Shown here: piece by piece, positions 27,673 to 36,705 of the stretch
Layout of the letters: each line of letters begins with the position of its first letter
Position numbering within the stretch: the stretch's first letter is position 1
From: Verrucomicrobiota bacterium
GTDB taxonomy: Bacteria; Verrucomicrobiota; Verrucomicrobiia; Limisphaerales; SIBE01
Length of the DNA stretch: 64,000 bases
Direction of reading: 5' to 3'
Assembly (NCBI GenBank): GCA_016871515.1
Contig: VHDE01000001.1
Span: 81,434 to 145,433, forward strand
Translations under genes and position numbers: made by a program
Notes under the pieces: model-generated
What the model was told of the DNA's origin: nothing
The model's input: the letters and a program-made list of their open reading frames with translations, nothing else
Databases searched by the model: none

Positions 27673-28745
27673 TTCTTCAGCTTGTCCACAAAGGCTTGTC
27701 CGGCCTTGTGCGCGTACGGCGTTCCGTACTTCAAATGCAACACGCGCGTCCAACCGCCAATGGCCTGTTTCGTGAGGGCCTGATCCCCTTTCACGTAGTG
27801 TTCGACATCAGCCAGCACTCTGTCGACGGTTGCATCATCATTCGTCGGCTGAATGAACCGGCGCAGCAAGCCGATCAATCGTTGATCGGTCGGCGCCGCC
27901 CCCGGAAGTTCTTCCTTTAGATTGCCTTTGCCGGCCTCGGTTTGCGGCTTAGGCAGCCCAGCGTCTAATTCGGCGCGCAATGATTGCACTTCGGCAATGA
28001 GCAGCTTAACGGCATCGCGCAGGCCCGCTTCGCTTTCCAGATTCAGCTTCGAGAAGTCGGTCGCCGCTCGACCTGCAGCGGGCCTGGCCATTTCAGAACG
28101 CATTGCGTCGCGCCCCATCGCCCGGCCGGTGCTCTCACGGCGACGAGCTTCCAGGTCCGCCGCGCGCGGAGGATCGCGATCACCGGCGGTCGTTGCCAGA
28201 GCTTCGATGATTTTAGGCGCATCGGCGATGCCGGGTTGAACCAAAGCGAAATTCGCGGTCACGCGGTCCTCCTTAGCTACGACAACCGTCAAGAGACATT
28301 CCTTGTTCAATCCATAATTTCCAGGTCCTTCGGCGCCGTCCACTGACAAGCTGAATCTCGACTGCAAGCGCAATGATCTCGCGACCGCCGGGAACCGTTG
28401 TTCCGCTGCCAAACGGTCTCCGGATAGAAAAACCATTTCCGTTCGGAGCAACTGCTTTCGTTCGGCGCCATATTGATCGATGGTCTGCAACAGCGGCGCC
28501 ATCGATCGTTCAACGCCATGAACAAACACCAGCGCGATTGGCTTGCCGCCATTCTCGGCAATCGGGTCAATCTTGCTTTTTCCGGCGGCGGCGCCGAGTT
28601 CAACGACCTTGAAGGAGGTGATCTTTTCTCCAGGCTGCGGGCCCGAATAAACCTTTTCCTTTGCTTGCCCAAAACAGGTTCCAATCGTCGCAAATGCGGC
28701 GATGCAATAAACGGCGAAAACGTTCAATTTCGTCATCAGTTTCAT
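27669..28745 (-). CDS. Secreted hypothetical protein; N-terminal thioredoxin-fold-like region without CxxC, Arg-rich linker, conserved C-terminal helical domain
   Basis: Signal peptide MKLMTKLNVFAVYCIAAFATIGTCFG. The KPIALVFVHGVERSMAPLL segment is reminiscent of redoxin strand-helix topology but lacks catalytic Cys. It is the first gene of the coupled operon. Confidence 0.6.
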   Translation of the reverse strand: MKLMTKLNVFAVYCIAAFATIGTCFGQAKEKVYSGPQPGEKITSFKVVELGAAAGKSKIDPIAENGGKPIALVFVHGVERSMAPLLQTIDQYGAERKQLLRTEMVFLSGDRLAAEQRFPAVARSLRLQSRFSLSVDGAEGPGNYGLNKECLLTVVVAKEDRVTANFALVQPGIADAPKIIEALATTAGDRDPPRAADLEARRRESTGRAMGRDAMRSEMARPAAGRAATDFSKLNLESEAGLRDAVKLLIAEVQSLRAELDAGLPKPQTEAGKGNLKEELPGAAPTDQRLIGLLRRFIQPTNDDATVDRVLADVEHYVKGDQALTKQAIGGWTRVLHLKYGTPYAHKAGQAFVDKLKK

Positions 28746-28888
28746 AAAGATAATGGACGCAAAGATAGTCGATGAAGTTACCCTTGGCGAACGATTTCAG
28801 GGACCGAGTGGAATCGGTCCTTACCAATCGGTCGCGTCATCGCACTTACACGGACACTACTTGTTGCCCGGTCCCGTGCGCAGTCTGT

Positions 28889-29338
28889 TCAAGGCCTCGT
28901 CATCTCAAAGATGCCATGATCGTGTTTGGATCGGTAGGTGGAGAAAAAGTTGGTCGGAGTTGCGCGGCCGGAATAAAAGTACTGTCCGCCGGCGAGCCAG
29001 CCCAGATCAGCTTCCCCTTGAAACGTAAAGAGATCGTTTGTCCTCTGCACGTTCAACACAACTGTATATCCGAAGCTCAGTATCTTGCGGTACTTTGCGT
29101 GAAAGCGCGCTTCGTACTTTCCGGGCGAGCTCTGCGAAACGAGACAGCGCAAGCGCCCATTGTGTCCGTTGACTTCGCTCAACCAGCGCCCATCCCAGCG
29201 GCCTTGAATATCATTCGCCGGAACTGGATTTGCGGCAGCTCGCTTCCAATCGCGGTTAAAAGTCGAACAACCGCCCGCAAGGAGCAGCAGCGGTAGAATC
29301 ACGAGCGCGCAGAGACGCTGAAAGAAGCTCCTCCCCAT
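28889..29338 (-). CDS. Small lipoprotein, unknown function
   Basis: The ATG at 29338 gives MGRSFFQRLCALVILPLLLLAGGC (lipobox LAGGC). The longer track ORF extends into repeats. Confidence 0.7.
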   Translation of the reverse strand: MGRSFFQRLCALVILPLLLLAGGCSTFNRDWKRAAANPVPANDIQGRWDGRWLSEVNGHNGRLRCLVSQSSPGKYEARFHAKYRKILSFGYTVVLNVQRTNDLFTFQGEADLGWLAGGQYFYSGRATPTNFFSTYRSKHDHGIFEMTRP

Positions 29339-29344
29339 GACCCT

Positions 29345-29540
29345 GCGCGGCAGGATAGGCGTCCTGCCTGTCCTGCCAAACGGTTTCATGGCTCCAATGA
29401 TTGAAAATGTGTTTCGGAGACATCTTTCCGATGAACGCGGTAGCAGCGCAGCGTTTGCGCTTCTTCTGCGTTTGGAGCTCCAGCGACGTCGGACATTGAA
29501 GCGGCGTAAACGCCGCGCTCCTGCGGCCAGGTTCATGCAG
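29345..29540. repeat. Cluster of family repeat modules
   Basis: GGCAGGATAGGCGTCCTGCCTGTCCTGCC (also at 41830-41855), AAAATGTGTTTCGGAGACATC (a variant of AAATTTTGTTTCGGAGAAGTC), and GAAGCGGCGTAAACGCCGCGCTCCTGCGGCCAGGTTCAT (also at 58424-58456). Confidence 0.8.
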
Positions 29541-29550
29541 AAGCTCGATT

Positions 29551-32500
29551 TCATTGCGTCAAAAATGTTCCGTCGTTCGTCTCCACGCGAATGTGGTCCG
29601 GCAACGCGCGTGCGTCCAGTTTCACAATGAACGTATGGATTCCGGCGTCCAGTTCCGCAGAAATGGAACTTGCAGCCGTGACAGGACGGCCATCAATCCA
29701 CAGTCCGAGATGCGATTTGCCGACCAGATCCAAATGAACCTTGCCTGCTTTGGCTGTCTGAAACCGAGCCGCGGCATAAATCGCCGAAGGATGGCGTCCG
29801 GCAACGGATTTTAATTTCGCTTCCAATTCCTGTTTCGCCAGGCGCCCATCAACGAAGGCTGAGGCTTGGCTCCAGCCGCGACCGTCTAAGCCTTCTTTTA
29901 CCACCCGTTCATCGCCGAACTGCGCGCTGTCGATCGTCAAGGCAAAGAGTTTCCAAGCTCGCGCCACGCTGCCTTTAGACGCATCGTAAGATCCAGGCTT
30001 TCCAAGTTCAGAGAGGAACCGATAAAGGTCGACTTGCTCGCCGTGGCTCAAGGCATCGAGAAGGCCTGAAGGCATAAGGGATCCTCCAATCGCGCGCCTT
30101 GCAATATTGTTCTTGGCCACGGTGAGTTCTTTGTTCGTGGCATCCACGATGACTAACTGGTCGTTGGTTTCGCGCGCCAAGATTCCGGTGAGCTCCTGGC
30201 CATCCTTCGTTTCAACCATGACCGAATGATAGCCCTCCTTTACTTTTCGATTCGGATAGAGCAGTGATTCGATCAGATAATCGACCGGCGCGCTCGCGCC
30301 AATTGAAGTCAAATCGGGTCCAGCCTTTCCGCCAACACCGCCGATCGCGTGGCAGGTGACGCACGCTAGCTCCTGACGGCGAAAGATGTTTTCGCCCCGG
30401 GCCGGATCGCCGGTCTGAATCGTGGCTGCCGCGATCTTCTTAATCTCCTCTGCCGTCAAATTCGTCGTCTCATCTTCGAGATTTCCGCTCCGGGCAAGCG
30501 CGAGGACAAGGTCGGGCTCGCTGCGGCCGCCTTCGCGCGCGACGCGCATTCCGGCCTTGGCGACAGCCGGTGACAACCCGCTCTTGGGCAAAGCACGAGC
30601 CAGGACTGGGGCCGCCCCTTTGTTGCTGAGCAAAGAACGCCAGAGACCTAAGGCCTCCGATTCGTCCGTGGTATCAGCCAACACTTCCACAACGGTCGGC
30701 GCGGACTTCTGCAAATCAAGCGCGGCGAGGGCTTGGACAGCTTGACGCCGGATGGCCGGCCTTTGATCCTTCGCGGTGAGAGGTTGCAAGCGGGCAATGA
30801 CCTCCGGGCCACCGATTTCCCGCAAGCTCTCAATAGCCGCTCGTGCAAGTGAATTCGGCGCCGAAGCATCCGCAGCTTGACTCAACATAGCACCGGTCAA
30901 GCGGTTCAGCTTCCACGATCCAACCAATCGGATGGCCTCTTCGCGCACTTTGTCGTCCGAGCTTTTCAAGAGGCCTGAGACATTGCCGAGATCACCCGAA
31001 GGCTTGGCTTTGCGATTCCGCGCTGCCTGTGCCAGAGCCGACAGCGCGCGCGCGCTTGCCGGCTGGTCGAGCCGCGAGGCCAAAATCAAGTCGAACAAAT
31101 GGCGAAGTTCCTTTTCCGTGCCGGCTTTTGCGATTAATTCCAACCACGGACCGCTGCCATCTTTCGGGATCGGTCGCGATTCGAGCAATTGACCGAGAAC
31201 CGATCCGGCGAGAGCCGGTTCGATGGCAAGCAATCCAAATTCAAGCTGCTTCTCGCGGCCTTCGATCTTCCAACTCCCTGATTTGATCGCTTCCACCCAA
31301 GGCTTCGCAAGATCATTGATGCTGAGCCAAACGCCGTAATCGAGGAACGGGTCCATTGTCATATCGAGAGCACCCAGGACCAATTCGGCCGAGCGCGCCG
31401 TGGGCAAATGGCTCAATGCGCGCATAGCTTCGAGACGGACGCGCGGATGTTGATCGGCAATCCGCTTCTCCAAGAGATCGCCCGCATTACTCAATCGATT
31501 GTGCCAGAAACGAACGACTCGCGTCGCGGCTGCTCGAATGCGGCCATCTTCCGCCTCGAGAAGTTTCCCCAGTAGAGTCGGTTCGATTACGTCGATCGAT
31601 TGATACATCCAAAGCGCTTCGAGCAAGGATTTCTCGGAGGTTTGATTCTTCACCCAGCTCGCTAAGTCCGGGGCAATAGCAGGTCCGCGCTCTGTCAGAA
31701 CGCGGTGCGCCCGCCGGCGAACGTACGCATTCGGTGAGAGAAGATGATCGAACAATTGCGCATTCGCGGCGTCCACCAGTTTGACCTGCGGCACCAACGG
31801 ACGACCTTTCGCGCTGATCCGCCAAATCCGGCCATGCTCATGATCTCGGCGCGGATCACGGAAATCGACTTCACCATGTTGAATGATTGGGTTCGACCAA
31901 TCGGCGACATAAAGCGCGCCATCCGGACCCAACTTCACATCGATCGGACGGAATGTGACGTCGCTGGTCCGGAGCAAATCCGGCATCTCTTTCGTGACGT
32001 AAGCCGAGCCTTGTGCGCTAATCGCAAACCGAACCACGCGATGCGCGCGAAAATCGCACGTGATCATATTGCCCTGCCAATCGGGCGGGAAATGTTCACT
32101 CTGCATCACTTCCACGCCGCAGAATTTCGGATAACTGCCGGGACTGACACTTCCGAGAATTCGGCGCGCGCCCGCATAGGTAACGTACATGGCGCCCGGA
32201 ACGCCGTAATTGATCCCTTGCCCTCCCGCGCCATCAGTGACGAACGACTGGCCATACGCATCGAAATCGTGTCCCCAGGTGTTAACGAAGCCTTTCAGGA
32301 AAATCCCGAGCTCCATCGTGGGCGGGCGAAGGTGAAGAATCCCCCCGCTGTTCAGGCGCACCACGCCGTGGGGCGTTTCGATGTGGCTGTGAATGTAAAT
32401 TGATTGGTTGAAATAAAGCTGTCCGTCATGCCCCCAACGGAGTGTGTGAATGATGTGATGGGTGTCTTCCGTGCCAAAACCCGACAGGACGATTCGCTTC

Positions 32501-34281
32501 TGATCGGAGCGACCGTCACCGTTGGTGTCTTTGAAATGAAGCAATTCCGTGCTCTGGCCTACATAAACGCCGCCATCACCAGGTTCGATGCCGGTGGGAA
32601 TCAATAAGCCTTCCGCAAAAACGGTTGATTTGTCCGCTTTGCCATCGTGATCGGTATCTTCGATGACGACAATCTTGTCATTGGCAACCTGCCCGGGCTG
32701 AATTTGCGGATAGACGGCCGAACTGGCAATCCAGAGACGGCCTTGCGGATCGAAATTCATTTGGATCGGCTTCGCTAACTGAGGGTCTTCGGCAAACAAT
32801 GTGACCTCGAAGCCGTCGGCCACCTGGAATTGTGGCAAGGCCTTCACTTGCCCCGCCGGAGCGACAACTGACGAACGCGTGCCGTCGCTATTCGGCGGCG
32901 TAACTTTCTCTTTTTCTTTGGCAGGCGATTGAATCGCATTCAAGTCGCTGACCTGAGACAGTTCGTAAACGTGAGTGGCGGGCTTGCGCAAAGTCGCGAT
33001 GAGCGCTTCCACGTCGCTGACCAGAGGATCGAACATTGGAATCTCTTTGGCGTTCTGGCCCTGCTCGTATTTGCGAAAGCCGAACAAGTAAGTTTCGTTC
33101 TGCGGACGCCAGCGATGGAAGTACAGTTCGTTTTTCTTGATCACCGCTTGGCGCAGCTTTTCGGCTCGATCGGAAGCAGGCCCGCCGCTGAGAATTATCT
33201 GCGGGCTTTGCCAATCAGACTCACGCAGAGCGACAATCGGGTGACCATCGATCTTCAAGGCGTACAACCCCGGCGTCAGACCGATAAACTGCAGCAAGTT
33301 CGGCGGCGTTACACGCGGTATGTTGCCTTCGTCGGCGGGCGGAGCAGGCTCGGCTGGGAAATCCAAGGTTCCTTTGAACTTCACGAAATCCGGCTTCCGC
33401 TCCAGGTCTTCCACTTTCATACCTTGACTCCCATCGCGCACAGTTCCTTGGGCTGTGATTCCGACACGCCAGGAATTTGGCGTCCATCCCAGTCCCCATT
33501 CGATCACCTCTGCGAGCCGCCAGTACCCGAGCGCGTTCAAGTGAATGCCATTATCGGTTAGCGGGAGAGGCGGATTGGTCGTCGTTCCATCCTTCAGCAT
33601 ATCGAACACCGGAACGAAGTGAGCTTGCCGTTGCTCGGCAACTTCGCGAATGGCTTTGGTGTACAGGGCCAGCTGTTCGTTATGCCGAGTTGGATCTGGC
33701 AAAGGCGGCGGCAATTTCTCGTGTCGAATCGGACTCAGCAATATGAACCGGACGTTCGCCGAGATAGCTTTGATTGCATCCATCAATTTCCCGAGGTCCT
33801 CCTTGAACTTCGGCGCCCCTGCTTCGCCTTCAAAGGAAGCCGCCATGCCATAGCCAAGGATGGCAACCGTCGGCTTGACCGCCGCGAGATGCTCTTTCAA
33901 GCGGTCGAATCCTTTTTCGGGCGGATCAAAACCGGCGCGCGATTCGCCCAGGACGGTGTCCGCGCTCCAGCCTAAGTTTCGAAAAATGAGATTGCGGTCT
34001 GGATACCGGCTGATCAATCGGGCTTCCACGTAGCCATAAAGCTGCTCGCGTTCAATGAGCGTGTCTCCAAGCAGCGCCACTCGATCACCATCGTGAAACT
34101 CGAACGGTGATCGCTGCCGCGTTTCAGGCGCGGCGCTGGCGGGCGGTGCTGCTTGGGCAACGCGCACAGCGGGTGCAGCACCGGGTGATTTCGTAGTTTC
34201 TTGGGAACGGACGGCAACGACGAGGAAACCACTCAATAGTAGTGGAACTAAGCAGGAATTCATCTTGAGCAATCTACTCAT
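29551..34281 (-). CDS. Giant multidomain protein: SGNH/GDSL-like hydrolase, dehydrogenase-like beta-propeller, HEAT repeats, c-type cytochrome, C-terminal beta-sandwich
   Basis: Start at the ATG at 34281 or 34263 (signal peptide MNSCLVPLLLSGFLVVAV). Features in order:
- a GDTLIE block and later SGNH-like blocks
- a propeller region paralogous to 18089-21166
- HEAT-like repeats
- CVTCHAIGGVGGKAGPDLTSIG followed by LMPSGL
- a 190-aa C-terminal domain. Confidence 0.8.
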   Translation of the reverse strand: MSRLLKMNSCLVPLLLSGFLVVAVRSQETTKSPGAAPAVRVAQAAPPASAAPETRQRSPFEFHDGDRVALLGDTLIEREQLYGYVEARLISRYPDRNLIFRNLGWSADTVLGESRAGFDPPEKGFDRLKEHLAAVKPTVAILGYGMAASFEGEAGAPKFKEDLGKLMDAIKAISANVRFILLSPIRHEKLPPPLPDPTRHNEQLALYTKAIREVAEQRQAHFVPVFDMLKDGTTTNPPLPLTDNGIHLNALGYWRLAEVIEWGLGWTPNSWRVGITAQGTVRDGSQGMKVEDLERKPDFVKFKGTLDFPAEPAPPADEGNIPRVTPPNLLQFIGLTPGLYALKIDGHPIVALRESDWQSPQIILSGGPASDRAEKLRQAVIKKNELYFHRWRPQNETYLFGFRKYEQGQNAKEIPMFDPLVSDVEALIATLRKPATHVYELSQVSDLNAIQSPAKEKEKVTPPNSDGTRSSVVAPAGQVKALPQFQVADGFEVTLFAEDPQLAKPIQMNFDPQGRLWIASSAVYPQIQPGQVANDKIVVIEDTDHDGKADKSTVFAEGLLIPTGIEPGDGGVYVGQSTELLHFKDTNGDGRSDQKRIVLSGFGTEDTHHIIHTLRWGHDGQLYFNQSIYIHSHIETPHGVVRLNSGGILHLRPPTMELGIFLKGFVNTWGHDFDAYGQSFVTDGAGGQGINYGVPGAMYVTYAGARRILGSVSPGSYPKFCGVEVMQSEHFPPDWQGNMITCDFRAHRVVRFAISAQGSAYVTKEMPDLLRTSDVTFRPIDVKLGPDGALYVADWSNPIIQHGEVDFRDPRRDHEHGRIWRISAKGRPLVPQVKLVDAANAQLFDHLLSPNAYVRRRAHRVLTERGPAIAPDLASWVKNQTSEKSLLEALWMYQSIDVIEPTLLGKLLEAEDGRIRAAATRVVRFWHNRLSNAGDLLEKRIADQHPRVRLEAMRALSHLPTARSAELVLGALDMTMDPFLDYGVWLSINDLAKPWVEAIKSGSWKIEGREKQLEFGLLAIEPALAGSVLGQLLESRPIPKDGSGPWLELIAKAGTEKELRHLFDLILASRLDQPASARALSALAQAARNRKAKPSGDLGNVSGLLKSSDDKVREEAIRLVGSWKLNRLTGAMLSQAADASAPNSLARAAIESLREIGGPEVIARLQPLTAKDQRPAIRRQAVQALAALDLQKSAPTVVEVLADTTDESEALGLWRSLLSNKGAAPVLARALPKSGLSPAVAKAGMRVAREGGRSEPDLVLALARSGNLEDETTNLTAEEIKKIAAATIQTGDPARGENIFRRQELACVTCHAIGGVGGKAGPDLTSIGASAPVDYLIESLLYPNRKVKEGYHSVMVETKDGQELTGILARETNDQLVIVDATNKELTVAKNNIARRAIGGSLMPSGLLDALSHGEQVDLYRFLSELGKPGSYDASKGSVARAWKLFALTIDSAQFGDERVVKEGLDGRGWSQASAFVDGRLAKQELEAKLKSVAGRHPSAIYAAARFQTAKAGKVHLDLVGKSHLGLWIDGRPVTAASSISAELDAGIHTFIVKLDARALPDHIRVETNDGTFLTQ

Positions 34282-34318
34282 AAGCCGCCTCCATTTCCTT
34301 CGAGCACGCACTGGGACA

Positions 34319-34413
34319 ATGAAACATTGCGCCGGTAGGGCGGCGTTGCTGCGCCGCCAAACGTCGGGGTTTATCGAGGCGGCGCAGCAACGCCGCCCTG
34401 CCTTCAGGTTCAT
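34319..34413. repeat. ATGAAAC...GGTTCAT-bounded hairpin element
   Basis: The stem GTAGGGCGGCGTTGCTGCGCCGCC (34335-34358) pairs with GGCGGCGCAGCAACGCCGCCCTGCC (34378-34402). Confidence 0.9.
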
Positions 34414-34532
34414 AGTAGCGTCATTTCAGCTTGTCTAGTGAGGGCTCCATTAAGCGCAAGGAAGATTTGCTGCGCAAGCGGGTAATTCATCGTTGAAGAA
34501 CTGCAAATGAGGATTAGAGTAACGCAGTGACG

Positions 34533-35312
34533 ATGACGCCAGATTTGACGAATCAGGTAACAGCTGGCCTTCTCCTCATGACTTTGGGGATAGTCGTCGC
34601 GATTCTTTTCTCGTTTGTTTTCCTCGTCGTCCGGTACATGAGGATGAGGAAGAACTGGTCCCAAAACTCGTCGAGCCGGGCCAACAAGAATGAGTTGCCA
34701 AGTGATCCGGGCTTTCGCGTGGCAGCCCTCGACGTCCCGAGTCGGTGGCTGGCGATTCGGAGCAGCAACTTGGTCGCAGTCCAGTCAGCGCTTGGCCTCC
34801 ATAATCCGATTCCCTGTTCTTGGAGCGATGGCTTATCTCGCCACAACGAATCAACGCTTTTCGTGTCGCCGCCGGTCAAGGATTGGATTCTGGTCATTGG
34901 ACAGGGGCTTCCCGACCCGGCAGAGGATGTGGACGAATGCTTTCGTTTTGTTCTGAAGTTGAGCCGAACGATGGGACACGTGCAGTTCTTTAGCGCCAAT
35001 CGGGCCGTCAATCACCATGCGTGGGTCCGTGCGGATGACGGCCATGTTCAGCGCGCTTACGCTTGGGCAGGTGAAACGGTATGGAACCAGGGCCGGCTTA
35101 CCCAAGCGGAGATTGACCTGGGGCTGAAATGTTTCGGATACGCTGAAAACGCTCCGATGACCGGTTTCTCGGAACAAAGTCATCAACTAAATGCGGAAAG
35201 GATTAACCTCCTGGCGGCTCGCTGGAGCGTCGATCCCTCCTCGATCGATGAAGAGATGTTGCCGCGGCGCGAGGGCATTTCGGGCGAGCTGATTCATTCC
35301 AGGCAACATTAA
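34533..35312 (+). CDS. Hypothetical single-pass membrane protein
   Basis: N-terminal TM segment (AGLLLMTLGIVVAILFSFVFLVV) followed by a ~200-aa soluble domain. I recognise no motif. Start is the ATG at 34533 or the GTG at 34527. Confidence 0.55.
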   Translation: MTPDLTNQVTAGLLLMTLGIVVAILFSFVFLVVRYMRMRKNWSQNSSSRANKNELPSDPGFRVAALDVPSRWLAIRSSNLVAVQSALGLHNPIPCSWSDGLSRHNESTLFVSPPVKDWILVIGQGLPDPAEDVDECFRFVLKLSRTMGHVQFFSANRAVNHHAWVRADDGHVQRAYAWAGETVWNQGRLTQAEIDLGLKCFGYAENAPMTGFSEQSHQLNAERINLLAARWSVDPSSIDEEMLPRREGISGELIHSRQH

Positions 35313-35332
35313 TTCGCCTGGTTGGTAGGGCG

Positions 35333-35412
35333 GCGTTGCTGCGCCGCCTAGATCGCGGCTTTAACCAGGCGGCGCGGCAACGCCGCCCTACCTTTCTACC
35401 TTTAGGTTCATG
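35333..35412. repeat. Hairpin element of the same class; its terminal GGTTCATG supplies the ATG of the next ORF
   Basis: GTAGGGCGGCGTTGCTGCGCCGCC pairs with GGCGGCGCGGCAACGCCGCCCTACC. The terminal AGGTTCATG ends at 35412. Confidence 0.9.
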
Positions 35413-35676
35413 CCTTTCGAATGCCCCAATTGTGGCGCCGATGTTCCCGCGAAGGCGAAGGCATGTCCGGAATGCGGTTCCTGCGAAGAAACCGGCTGGT
35501 CAGAAAATGCCGCCGCGGATGGATTAGATCTTCCCAACGATTCTTTCAACTACGACGAGTACGTTCAGAAGGAGTTCAAGCCTAACAGATTCTTTTTTCG
35601 TGGCCGCCGAATCATCTGGTGCATCGTCGCCGTCGTGCTTGTCCTCGCCCTGCTTGGGTTTTTCCTGAGGTTTTGA
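35410..35676 (+). CDS. Zinc-ribbon protein with C-terminal transmembrane anchor
   Basis: CPNCG-x11-CPECG double CxxC motif. The C-terminal segment IIWCIVAVVLVLALLGFFL is hydrophobic. Confidence 0.65.
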   Translation: MPFECPNCGADVPAKAKACPECGSCEETGWSENAAADGLDLPNDSFNYDEYVQKEFKPNRFFFRGRRIIWCIVAVVLVLALLGFFLRF

Positions 35677-35762
35677 GTCTTGCCGAGAACCCAACCAGAC
35701 GGCGCCGTCTACGGGCGTAAACGCTTCAAATCTTCTAAGACGCTCGAACTTGCGGGCGATTC

Positions 35763-35980
35763 GCAGAATACAATTCTGCCAAGTAGCAAGGTGAAGGTTG
35801 CCCCCTCTCCCCATCCGATGGGGAGAGGGAAAAGACCGGGGCGTTGGGCACGTTCGTCCGTCAGGCATCGACCATCTCAAAAGCTCGATTCCCTCGCCCC
35901 ATCGGATGGGGAGAGGGGCGCTGCAACTGTCAGCTACTGCATTGGCTGCGATACAGCAGAACAGAATGCCTGCGCTGCGA
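35763..35980. repeat. Family repeat cluster (variant hairpin plus inverted-orientation core plus degenerate terminal repeat)
   Basis: GCAGAAT-ACA-ATTCTGC at 35763-35779. CCCCCTCTCCCCATCCGATGGGGAGAGGG and CCCTCGCCCCATCGGATGGGGAGAGGGG flank the core in reverse orientation. CGCTGCAACTGTCAGCTACTGC is also present. Confidence 0.85.
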
Positions 35981-35987
35981 TTTCTTT

Positions 35988-36695
35988 CTACTTCTTCTTG
36001 GTGGCTTTAGACGGAGCAAGGGAAGGCTTTTCCTCCTTCTCCGCTGCCTTGGGCGGGGCCGCTAACGGTTTCTCTTCCTTGTCTTTGTCCGAAGTAAAAA
36101 AGCCGGGAGGCGCCGTCGAATTGAGTTGGCGAATGACTTCCTCCGTGAGGTCATTTTGGCCGTTCGTATAGAGAAGGACGGGGGTTTGGAAGAAGGCCAA
36201 TGCGGAACGATCGAAAACGAACGTAAAATTGCCGGCGCTCGCCTTGCTGTTAATGACGTCTTGAATGAGTTTCAAGATGTTTTCGCGCATGCGTTGTTTC
36301 TGCTCCATGATGTTCGTCTCCGCTTGTCTGCGGAACTGCATCACGCTCTGTTCGATCTCTTTGAGTTCCGCCAATTTGGTTTCACCCGATTTGCGGCGTT
36401 TTTCGCGTTCGTCCGCCGAAACAGCCTGATCGTTCGCGCTTTCGATTAGTTTGTTATATTCCTGCTGCTTCTTTTTATGTTCCTCGAGCATGTTAGCGAG
36501 GACCTTGTCGGCGTCGGCGCCGCTGGCCTGCAACAGCGTATCGCATTCTTTCGTCTTATAGAATCCGTCAAAGACCTTCTTCAAATCGATGGTGGCAATC
36601 TTCGGCTGTGCCTGTAAAGACGGGGCAATTAGACAAAAAGCTAGAAGACTCAGGGCCAGTGCAGTCGTATGTTTGGCGAAAGAAAAAGTTCTCAT
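35988..36695 (-). CDS. skp: OmpH/Skp-family periplasmic chaperone
   Basis: Signal peptide, then IATIDLKKVFDGFYKTKE, a long coiled-coil and a Lys/Pro-rich tail. It lies immediately downstream of bamA. Confidence 0.85.
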   Translation of the reverse strand: MRTFSFAKHTTALALSLLAFCLIAPSLQAQPKIATIDLKKVFDGFYKTKECDTLLQASGADADKVLANMLEEHKKKQQEYNKLIESANDQAVSADEREKRRKSGETKLAELKEIEQSVMQFRRQAETNIMEQKQRMRENILKLIQDVINSKASAGNFTFVFDRSALAFFQTPVLLYTNGQNDLTEEVIRQLNSTAPPGFFTSDKDKEEKPLAAPPKAAEKEEKPSLAPSKATKKK

Positions 36696-36705
36696 CGGAT
36701 ATCAA

